From IMG/VR virus record IMGVR_UViG_2541047887_000002: 24,712 nucleotides of DNA; one strand, written 5' to 3'. The stretch is from a virus (taxonomy: Duplodnaviria > Heunggongvirae > Uroviricota > Caudoviricetes). Each line of letters begins with the position of its first letter. Position 1 is the stretch's first letter. Below, piece after piece: positions 18,625-24,712 of the stretch. Made by a program: the position numbers and the translations under genes. The notes beneath the pieces were generated by a model. It had not been told where the DNA came from. It worked only from the letters and a program-made list of their open reading frames with translations, and made no database searches.

Positions 18625-18701
18625 TGGACCGCCATCGAGGACTCGAACCCCGCGCAACCAGCTTCGAAGGCTGGTGCTCTATCCTGATGAGCTAATGGCG
18701 G
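18625..18701 (-). tRNA. tRNA-Arg (anticodon UCG)
   Basis: Hand-folded cloverleaf: acceptor CCGCCAU/AUGGCGG, D-stem GCUC/GAGC, anticodon stem CCAGC/GCUGG with loop CUUCGAA, T-loop UUCGAGU, encoded CCA. The 5' end is uncertain by 1 nt. Confidence 0.65.
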
Positions 18702-18708
18702 TATGTGA

Positions 18709-18784
18709 TGGTGGCCCTTGCTGGATTTGAACCAGCGACCTGGCGATTATGAGTCGCTCGCTCTCACCTCTGAGCTAAAGGGCC
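18709..18784 (-). tRNA. tRNA with anticodon CAU, most likely tRNA-Ile2 (ileX/ileZ-like); elongator Met not excluded
   Basis: Sequence GGCCCUUUAGCUCAG...GACUCAUAAUCGC...GGUUCAAAUCCAGCAAGGGCCACCA closely resembles E. coli ileX as I recall it. Anticodon loop CUCAUAA. Confidence 0.7.
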
Positions 18785-18904
18785 GGGCGCAGGATAATAA
18801 CGTTACGAAATCAATGTTGCAAGCATTCAAAAATCACCTGGTTAAAAATCACCCTTAGCTCCTCCACCAGCGCATTCACCATGTCTATCCGAGATAAGTG
18901 GCAC

Positions 18905-18934
18905 AAAAAAACCCGCTTGTGGGCGGGTTTTGTT
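18905..18934 (-). terminator. Bidirectional intrinsic terminator, candidate tR' of the late promoter
   Basis: Stem AAACCCGC / GCGGGUUU flanked by an A-tract and a U-rich tract, about 60-90 nt downstream of the Q-like stop codon. Confidence 0.55.
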
Positions 18935-18994
18935 TGCTTTTGCCATCACGTACAAAATCGGCAAAATATCAGATTTGCATGAAATATATGCCTT
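18935..18994 (-). promoter_or_regulatory. Candidate late promoter pR' and qut region (position-based only)
   Basis: AT-rich gap between the Q-like stop and the terminator. I could not place convincing -35/-10 hexamers by eye. Confidence 0.3.
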
Positions 18995-19684
18995 TCAATC
19001 TACTTTTGCAACACTTTGCTTTGAAAATGCCGCCTTTTGTTTTGAACGTGTTCTCATTACAAACAATAAAGCCTCACTATCCAGTCGTTGAAAAATGTGT
19101 TTCATTGCAACCCAGTGACGAGTAAATGTTTTGGACCAGTTTTTAGTTGTCACTCCCGCCAGTAATGCCAGCTCCTGGTATTCATAACCTTCCCCACCAA
19201 AAAGTTCTGCTTTTACTGCCTGCGCCGCCAGCCAGATTAATTTTTTCAGGCGTTCCTGCGTTTTCCCTGCAATTTTTCTGGTACCGGATTGAGTATTAAA
19301 TTCATTCCACGCCCACTGTGTTATCGCGATCTGATATTCCCAACAAATACTCCCGCCGTAACACCACAACAACCAGGCTTTATGATGCTCTTCAAGAGAC
19401 AGCAAAGCCCGCCGCCATGATGATGTCGAAAACTCAACCGGGCTGACCAGGGCAATTGATGAGCCATTCGCCAGTGATTGTTTTCCCGGGATTGGTGGAT
19501 TATCCCGCGTTATCATTTTTCCAGTCACTTCATCGCGGTACCGGATTTTTTTTCGCCTGTAACGCCCTGTATCGAACATGGCATTCTCCTGCCAGGCTTC
19601 AAGCTGACCTTTTGTTGCCCCACTCAAATCAGCGGTGGCGATAATGAGCTGCTCACGCACAAACTGTAAATACTGGTTATTCAT
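18995..19684 (-). CDS. Putative late-gene antiterminator (Q-like), assigned by position
   Basis: 229-aa ORF with ATG at 19682-19684 overlapping the RusA stop (ATGA). It lies directly upstream of the terminator, tRNAs and lysis genes. No clear zinc-finger motif, so the identity is tentative. Confidence 0.5.
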   Translation of the reverse strand: MNNQYLQFVREQLIIATADLSGATKGQLEAWQENAMFDTGRYRRKKIRYRDEVTGKMITRDNPPIPGKQSLANGSSIALVSPVEFSTSSWRRALLSLEEHHKAWLLWCYGGSICWEYQIAITQWAWNEFNTQSGTRKIAGKTQERLKKLIWLAAQAVKAELFGGEGYEYQELALLAGVTTKNWSKTFTRHWVAMKHIFQRLDSEALLFVMRTRSKQKAAFSKQSVAKVD

Positions 19685-20046
19685 GCGCACTCCAGTTCTG
19701 TGATTTTTATCCCCAGCCGCCCACCAGGAACGAGCTGACCGCGCACAATATTGATTTCATCAAACTGCTCGTCGTCTATAAGTAGTCCGGCATGCGTCAG
19801 CGCATCCAGTGGTGCCTTCAGGATATTGTCCAGGTCACGACGGCGCTTATCCGGTGGCTCTGCAATAATCTTTATCGCCAGCCTTCCGGACAGGTTTAAT
19901 TTCAGCCGCTGCTGGCGAACAATTAGCGCCACATCACGGCGATAACGCTTTCCGGCTTCCGAGATGAAATACGTATTGCCATGACGTCGCCAGTAGGTAT
20001 TCACCGTCGGCGGGTAAGGCAAAACAAATTCTATGCGTTCAGTCAT
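19681..20046 (-). CDS. rusA: RusA Holliday junction resolvase
   Basis: 121-aa ORF with PYPPTVNTYWRR and DKRRRDLDNILKAPLDALTHAGLLIDD motifs, matching RusA (compare DRRRRDLDNLQKAAFDAL in E. coli RusA). Confidence 0.9.
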   Translation of the reverse strand: MTERIEFVLPYPPTVNTYWRRHGNTYFISEAGKRYRRDVALIVRQQRLKLNLSGRLAIKIIAEPPDKRRRDLDNILKAPLDALTHAGLLIDDEQFDEINIVRGQLVPGGRLGIKITELECA

Positions 20047-21102
20047 TCATGCTTTCCACTTCAGGACACCCGAATTTCTCGCGTGCATTAAAAAACGAAT
20101 CAGCAACAACAGCTGGCTGCCGTGTTTTTCTTCAAAATCTTTTACCCCGGCGTGCAGTTCGTTATGACATTTACGGCACAGCGGAATAACAAACAAATCA
20201 TCAGCCTTTGTTCCCATCCCTCCCAGTCCATGACCAATGATGTGATGCGGATCATCTGCCTGATTACCGCACGTCATGCATTTCTGCGTTTTTACCCAAC
20301 GCGTGTATACAGGCATCTCTTCCCGTTGTGGTTTCTGGCGCTGGAGATACTGAGCCGGTGACTCCGGATCAACGGCAATGCTGACCACCGTCTTTTCCTG
20401 TGGCGGGTTTTGCTGGTGGGCATGAGGCAACGGCGCAAGATTTTTTGTGCGCTGCTTCAGTATGCTGGTGGCGGTCTGCTCTCCCGGTACGATGTCGCTT
20501 TCGCGGTACAAGGAGCGGATTTTTTCCGCACGTAACCCCAGAGAACGACGTAATACTGCCTCCGGAAGCGCGTCCGCCACCTGATTGCAGACCGCCCACC
20601 AGGATAATTCAGCCAGCGACAATTCCCGCTCCTGCGTGCCATTCATTGCATGGCGTATGACGTCAATCATCCATGCTGACAGGTTTTGATGAGCAAGTTG
20701 CCCGAGTGATTCGGATGTCTGGTCACGCAACTGGTTGTCGCAGTGCCAGCACAACACCATCGCGCCGGTACCGTAACGATGTATGACGATTTCACTGTGA
20801 TGATAGTCACCATGAGGCCACTGGCAGGATTTGACATGACGCAACAGCCAGTCAGACAGTGCCCCAGCGCCGCCAGCAGCACGAATCACCCGCTCATCGC
20901 TGAAAAATGGCAGTAATGATTTATCCTCCGCCAGCGGCTGGCGAACGGCAGGGACGACTCCGGACGGCAGACCGCGCATGCTTTTCGGTTCAGGCTCCAC
21001 CAGCACTCGAGGGTTATGAAATACTTGCATGGATTCACAGCCCGGCCTAAGGACCACCAGCCCGAGTTCCGGTACCAGAACAGGTCGAAGTAATACCCGC
21101 AC
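20047..21102 (-). CDS. YdfU-like (DUF968) protein with C-terminal HNH-like Cys/His motif
   Basis: C-terminus reads CMTCG...HHIIGHG...CRKCHNELH. GTG start at 21100-21102 is coupled to the upstream stop with a GGAGG Shine-Dalgarno; an alternative ATG lies at 21030. Same neighbourhood as ydfU in Qin. Confidence 0.7.
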   Translation of the reverse strand: MRVLLRPVLVPELGLVVLRPGCESMQVFHNPRVLVEPEPKSMRGLPSGVVPAVRQPLAEDKSLLPFFSDERVIRAAGGAGALSDWLLRHVKSCQWPHGDYHHSEIVIHRYGTGAMVLCWHCDNQLRDQTSESLGQLAHQNLSAWMIDVIRHAMNGTQERELSLAELSWWAVCNQVADALPEAVLRRSLGLRAEKIRSLYRESDIVPGEQTATSILKQRTKNLAPLPHAHQQNPPQEKTVVSIAVDPESPAQYLQRQKPQREEMPVYTRWVKTQKCMTCGNQADDPHHIIGHGLGGMGTKADDLFVIPLCRKCHNELHAGVKDFEEKHGSQLLLLIRFLMHARNSGVLKWKA

Positions 21103-21103
21103 G

Positions 21104-21376
21104 TTACCTCCAGATGCGTTGCTGGAATGTGCGGGACGGACGCGGTGGGCGTTCAGAGTAAGGAAGCCTGACGGAGATTATCCAGTGACGATAATCGAGG
21201 CTGAGGGCTTTCTTAATCTCGTATCCGCGTCTGCGGTAGTTATGAATTAGCCATTCGGCCTGTTCTTCAGTACATGGTGGGTGTTGGTACCAGTCGGTTT
21301 TAAATGCGTGTGAACGCCGCTCATGCCGGATGGCAAGGTCGGTATCAGAATTGTGAAATTTGGTTTTGTGCGCCAT
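21104..21376 (-). CDS. Hypothetical protein (90 aa)
   Basis: ORF with ATG at 21374-21376, tightly packed upstream of the DUF968 gene. No motif recognised. Confidence 0.5.
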   Translation of the reverse strand: MAHKTKFHNSDTDLAIRHERRSHAFKTDWYQHPPCTEEQAEWLIHNYRRRGYEIKKALSLDYRHWIISVRLPYSERPPRPSRTFQQRIWR

Positions 21377-21448
21377 CTGTTTTCTCTGCTGGCGCAGCAG
21401 GTGTCAGGTGTTCAGGCTGACGTGCGAATTGTAAACCAGAATGCCAGG

Positions 21449-21475
21449 AAAAAACAAAACCCGCCGAAGCGGGTT
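21449..21475 (-). terminator. Intrinsic terminator downstream of hok
   Basis: Minus strand reads AACCCGC-UUCG-GCGGGUU followed by UUGUUUUUU. Confidence 0.6.
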
Positions 21476-21543
21476 AAGTGCGGGTGCGTTGAGGATGCCT
21501 GACACATCAGAGGCGGCGAGGGATTTCTCCCTCGCCAAGTCTC

Positions 21544-21699
21544 TTACTCCTCAGGTTCGTAGACTGTGAAGACAGCGACCTCCGTCTGGCCGGTTCGGAT
21601 TCGTACCTCGCAGAGGTCTTTCCTCGTTACCAGTGCCGTCACTATGACGGTTAAACAGATGACGATCAGGGCGATTAACATCGCCTTTTGCTGCTTCAT
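21544..21699 (-). CDS. hok: Hok-family type I toxin (HokD/RelF-like, 51 aa)
   Basis: MKQQKAMLIALIVICLTVIVTALVTRKDLCEVRIRTGQTEVAVFTVYEPEE is near-identical to E. coli HokD as I recall it. AAGGAG Shine-Dalgarno upstream. Confidence 0.85.
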   Translation of the reverse strand: MKQQKAMLIALIVICLTVIVTALVTRKDLCEVRIRTGQTEVAVFTVYEPEE

Positions 21700-21756
21700 A
21701 GCCTGCTTCTCCTTGCCTTTCGGCACGTAAGAGGCTAACCTAGATTTGCCGTTCAT
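21544..21756 (-). CDS. mok: Mok-like overlapping reading frame (translational coupler for hok)
   Basis: In-frame upstream extension of 70 aa from ATG 21754-21756, as in hok/mok/sok loci. Confidence 0.4.
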   Translation of the reverse strand: MNGKSRLASYVPKGKEKQAMKQQKAMLIALIVICLTVIVTALVTRKDLCEVRIRTGQTEVAVFTVYEPEE

Positions 21757-21952
21757 AGATTGAGCCTCAGATTAATGTTAAGCGTCTTGCAGGACGCGTA
21801 ATGTTAACTGGGGCTTTTCTCTATCTGCCTTTGGTGTTCATGCCTGAGGCAGATAGCCTCAAGCACCCGCAGCAATTCTACTTAAGTTAGATAAGCTTTT
21901 CTATGGTATTCTCTCAGCGTCCCGTAAATACAGTCTCGGCTCATCATTTTTA

Positions 21953-22210
21953 TCACAGGTGCGAGGAAAATATATAGCGCCCTCCATCAAGCATAACGAA
22001 ATACATTTTCCATTCATCGCCATTCCTCAATTTAATACGAAGACTTTCCCCGCAAGTGTATTTATTAAACAACTGTTCCGATGTGCTAGTAAGAGGTATT
22101 TTTACCGTTATTACAACTACTGCCCCACCATTTAACTCTCGAAGTTCAGCATCCGCATCCACAAAAGATGAATAAATGTTATGATCTGGGTAATCAACAA
22201 TTAACTGCAT
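21953..22210 (-). CDS. Hypothetical protein (85 aa) in an AT-rich island
   Basis: ATG at 22208-22210 with an AAGGAG Shine-Dalgarno 5 nt upstream. AT-rich flanks by eye. No motif recognised. Confidence 0.55.
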   Translation of the reverse strand: MQLIVDYPDHNIYSSFVDADAELRELNGGAVVVITVKIPLTSTSEQLFNKYTCGESLRIKLRNGDEWKMYFVMLDGGRYIFSSHL

Positions 22211-22349
22211 ATTCACTCCTTAAATATAGCAACTAAAACAAACAACGATTTAACAGTAGGAATTGTTTTTATAACATATGAACGGTGCAAGATCTATCCA
22301 GATGAAGCCTCCCCTCACACCCCCCGTCTCATTACATGCATTTACTATC

Positions 22350-22865
22350 TCACCGTAAAACATCCTCCACGCTTATCAGTCCGTTTCGCTTCAGGTAGTC
22401 CATCGCCTTCTCCGGTAATTTGCAGTCCGGCTTGGCTTTTTTCAGTTGGCTGACCAGTCGTTTAACCCACATTGTTAATTCGCTAACCTGATTGCCGGAA
22501 GCTGGTGGGTTGTCGGCTTTACCCAGAATGACAGCACTGCAGGCCTCTTTGAGTACCCAATCAACAGCATCTTTCCATGCTCCTGTTTCGACTGGTGGAT
22601 TCTCACGCTTTACCTGTTCATAAAAGCGCACGGCTTTAACCAGTCCTTCTGATGTCAGTGGCACAGGCGGGGCAGTGAATAACGCCTGAATTTCATAGCT
22701 CGGCCTGTCGTTGCAATCCTCTTTTGTCGGTACATATTTCCAGTCACCAACCCACGGCTCCCCCTGTGAGTCCGTAATGCCTTTTTTCACGTAGCGATAT
22801 CGCCATGCAACTGGTTTTGCCTGCCCTGCCGTTTCATGTCCTTCCTGATAATTAATCTCGCTCAT
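22350..22865 (-). CDS. Hypothetical phage protein (171 aa)
   Basis: ORF whose start overlaps the stop of the upstream small ORF (ATGA). Confidence 0.6.
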   Translation of the reverse strand: MSEINYQEGHETAGQAKPVAWRYRYVKKGITDSQGEPWVGDWKYVPTKEDCNDRPSYEIQALFTAPPVPLTSEGLVKAVRFYEQVKRENPPVETGAWKDAVDWVLKEACSAVILGKADNPPASGNQVSELTMWVKRLVSQLKKAKPDCKLPEKAMDYLKRNGLISVEDVLR

Positions 22866-23038
22866 TCATCGCCCCACTCATCACAATATGCTTCGACCGG
22901 AGTTTTTCCTGCTTCGTAGTCATAACGCCATGCTTCAGCATCAGCGGCACTTCCACCGCGTAACTCTGCATAATCCATTAACAGTTCATGCCATTCTTCA
23001 AAACTGGCGTTATATTTAGTTGAACCAAAATCAGCCAT
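22862..23038 (-). CDS. Hypothetical small acidic protein (58 aa)
   Basis: Hand-translated MADFGSTKYNASFEEWHELLMDYAELRGGSAADAEAWRYDYEAGKTPVEAYCDEWGDE. Start overlaps the upstream stop (ATGGCTGA); stop overlaps the downstream start. Confidence 0.5.
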   Translation of the reverse strand: MADFGSTKYNASFEEWHELLMDYAELRGGSAADAEAWRYDYEAGKTPVEAYCDEWGDE

Positions 23039-23213
23039 TTTGTTCTTCCTCTTCGTCTTTTATTTCGTGGTATGAGTAATTGCAGTAGTTAAAGAAAATA
23101 TCTTTAGCTTCATCCTGTATTTCATCTGGTGTTGCATCATCATCCACTTCGAATTCATCCTCGAAATCTCCACCGGCTATTCCCGTTTCAATAATTATTT
23201 TGAATTTTCGCAT
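23031..23213 (-). CDS. Hypothetical small, very acidic protein (60 aa)
   Basis: MRKFKIIIETGIAGGDFEDEFEVDDDATPDEIQDEAKDIFFNYCNYSYHEIKDEEEEQNG, about 40 percent Asp/Glu. A hairpin at 23222-23240 lies just upstream. Confidence 0.55.
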   Translation of the reverse strand: MRKFKIIIETGIAGGDFEDEFEVDDDATPDEIQDEAKDIFFNYCNYSYHEIKDEEEEQNG

Positions 23214-23308
23214 TTCACTACCGCCCTTTAGGGCGGCCTCCTGATGTTCTGAGGGTGCAGAAATCCCTCCGGTTAAGGATTAAATTGTATTTACAGCGCT
23301 AAATTTAT

Positions 23309-23665
23309 TTATTCAGTTCTGGATTTTGTCGCCCTGCGTATCCGCGCTTTCGCGTTACGCTCAATCTGAATTAACTTTTCTATATTTTTCCGCCTTTCCT
23401 GTTCCTCCTGGCGCAATAGCCTTACATCATCTGCCAGTCTGGTTTCTCTTTTCGCCACTGAGAGCATCCAGTCAAACGGCTCCACAACTGCACCGCAGAT
23501 TTTACAGCGGACCTGACGCTCTTTTTCGTCAACCCGGACAGAAGCGTGATGGCAGTATGGTCTTTCCGATGGCTCATAAAGAAAATTAACCTGATTACGA
23601 GGGTCATCCTCTTTTACCGGAAATAAAACGATATTGCTTAACTCATCCTCTGGTTTTATTTCCAT
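23309..23665 (-). CDS. Hypothetical zinc-ribbon-like protein (118 aa)
   Basis: Strong Shine-Dalgarno AAGGAGAGGAG. Cys/His cluster CHH...CKIC, then a basic coiled-coil C-terminus. Confidence 0.6.
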   Translation of the reverse strand: MEIKPEDELSNIVLFPVKEDDPRNQVNFLYEPSERPYCHHASVRVDEKERQVRCKICGAVVEPFDWMLSVAKRETRLADDVRLLRQEEQERRKNIEKLIQIERNAKARIRRATKSRTE

Positions 23666-24104
23666 GCTCCTCTCCTTTGATGCGAATGCCAGCGACGCGT
23701 AATGCGTGTTCTAGGTCAATCAGGTAAAGCCAACTGCCATTTTCTTTAGGTATCATGACATGTCGCTCATCTGCATTTATCGGGTGTCCATATCGAAGGT
23801 CGTAGCGAGTCGGTAATTGAACTTCCCGCGCTTCCAGTTCAGCAATACGCTTGCTCCCATCAGAGATAACGCCTTCGTAATACTCACGCTGCTCGTTGAG
23901 TTGTGATTTTGCTTCTTCCAGTCCATCCAGCAAATCAGCGATAATATCCGCTTCCCGATGACGGATGTGACGCTTAAACGCAGCAAGAGCCGCATCACAA
24001 TCCCGTTCAGCATTTGGGCTGTCCGGGATAGCCTGATACCACGCCAGCGTCGACTGATAGTTTTGTGCTGCCTCACGAAGCGCCTCATAGTTAACCTCTC
24101 TCAT
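23643..24104 (-). CDS. Hypothetical nin-region protein (153 aa)
   Basis: ORF overlapping its upstream neighbour by 4 nt. Confidence 0.6.
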   Translation of the reverse strand: MREVNYEALREAAQNYQSTLAWYQAIPDSPNAERDCDAALAAFKRHIRHREADIIADLLDGLEEAKSQLNEQREYYEGVISDGSKRIAELEAREVQLPTRYDLRYGHPINADERHVMIPKENGSWLYLIDLEHALRVAGIRIKGEEHGNKTRG

Positions 24105-24397
24105 TGAGCCACCTCCTGATAAATCACCGCATGCCCCAGTTTCTCCGCCAGTGCCAGCTCTGCCTTAGCGCCCGCTGACCGCTGCCAGCCATTCAGCATG
24201 TAAATCGCATCCACACAACGAATCATTGCCATGCAAATATCCATGTAGTGCGGCTGTGTCAGCCCGTCCGGAAGTACTGCCGGGTTTAAGACGGTATGCC
24301 CTTCCCGTTTCAGTTCCTCTTCCACCTTGTGAAATGCCTCACGGTTGAAATTTTCATATCCCGTCATTGGACCGGCAATATAAACTCTCACCCTCAC
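24101..24397 (-). CDS. DUF4406-like protein (nucleoside 2-deoxyribosyltransferase-like fold)
   Basis: N-terminal VYIAGPMTG motif typical of this small phage family. Overlaps its upstream neighbour by 4 nt. Confidence 0.6.
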   Translation of the reverse strand: MRVRVYIAGPMTGYENFNREAFHKVEEELKREGHTVLNPAVLPDGLTQPHYMDICMAMIRCVDAIYMLNGWQRSAGAKAELALAEKLGHAVIYQEVAQ

Positions 24398-24690
24398 TCC
24401 ATCACCTCCTGAAAGTTTCCCCGATAGAACGCCAGCACACGCTGCATAACTTCGCTCCTCCTGCTCTCACGACAAATTATGTTCTGGTGCCTGTCGTAGC
24501 GGCGCATTTCGCCGTCTGGTAACGACCAGATAAGGTCCGGATCAACCACTGCAGGTTTCTTCACCTTTGCCCTTGAGAGTTTTTTGCGAGCATTTTGCCA
24601 GTCCTTACGCGCCTGTTCAGACGGGAATAACCCGTAACCAGAGTCGTATACATCGCCACTGGCAACCAGCTCTCTGGCGAGAACACTCAT
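24394..24690 (-). CDS. Hypothetical nin-region protein (98 aa)
   Basis: ORF with ATG at 24688-24690, 22 nt from the window end. Confidence 0.5.
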   Translation of the reverse strand: MSVLARELVASGDVYDSGYGLFPSEQARKDWQNARKKLSRAKVKKPAVVDPDLIWSLPDGEMRRYDRHQNIICRESRRSEVMQRVLAFYRGNFQEVME

Positions 24691-24712
24691 CAGATATCTT
24701 GTCGCACCTGTC

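Noticed and set aside
18350-18730. ORFs 18350..18583 (-), 18399..18605 (+) and 18542..18730 (+)
   Set aside because: They overlap the three tRNA genes and the terminators. The tRNA cloverleaves explain the sequence conservation; these are not proteins.

Overview
This window is a dense segment of a lambdoid prophage from an enterobacterial host (E. coli/Shigella-like), read by eye without any database search. Almost every gene is on the minus strand, so phage gene order runs from high to low coordinates. From 24.7 kb down: a nin-region operon of small overlapping ORFs, a hok/mok type I toxin locus, a DUF968-like protein, RusA, a Q-like late antiterminator, a bidirectional terminator, three tRNAs, a phage-21-type lysis cassette, an AT-rich moron island, an HNH endonuclease, terminase small and large subunits, HK97-type portal/protease/major capsid, head-tail joining genes, major tail protein, G/GT chaperone with a -1 frameshift, tape measure, and lambda-like M, L, K and the start of I. 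The lysis cassette is interrupted by a complete 1250-bp IS911 with a 3-bp target duplication, inserted in the last codon of the pinholin gene. The most interesting accessory content is the moron island at 14.1-15.2 kb (a YfbU-family gene on the opposite strand), the hok locus with an adjacent AT-rich orphan gene, two coupled small acidic proteins, and the stx-phage-like tRNA region that carries no cargo. No CRISPR array, integrase or attachment site is visible. All family assignments rest on recognised motifs and recalled sequences and need confirmation by search.
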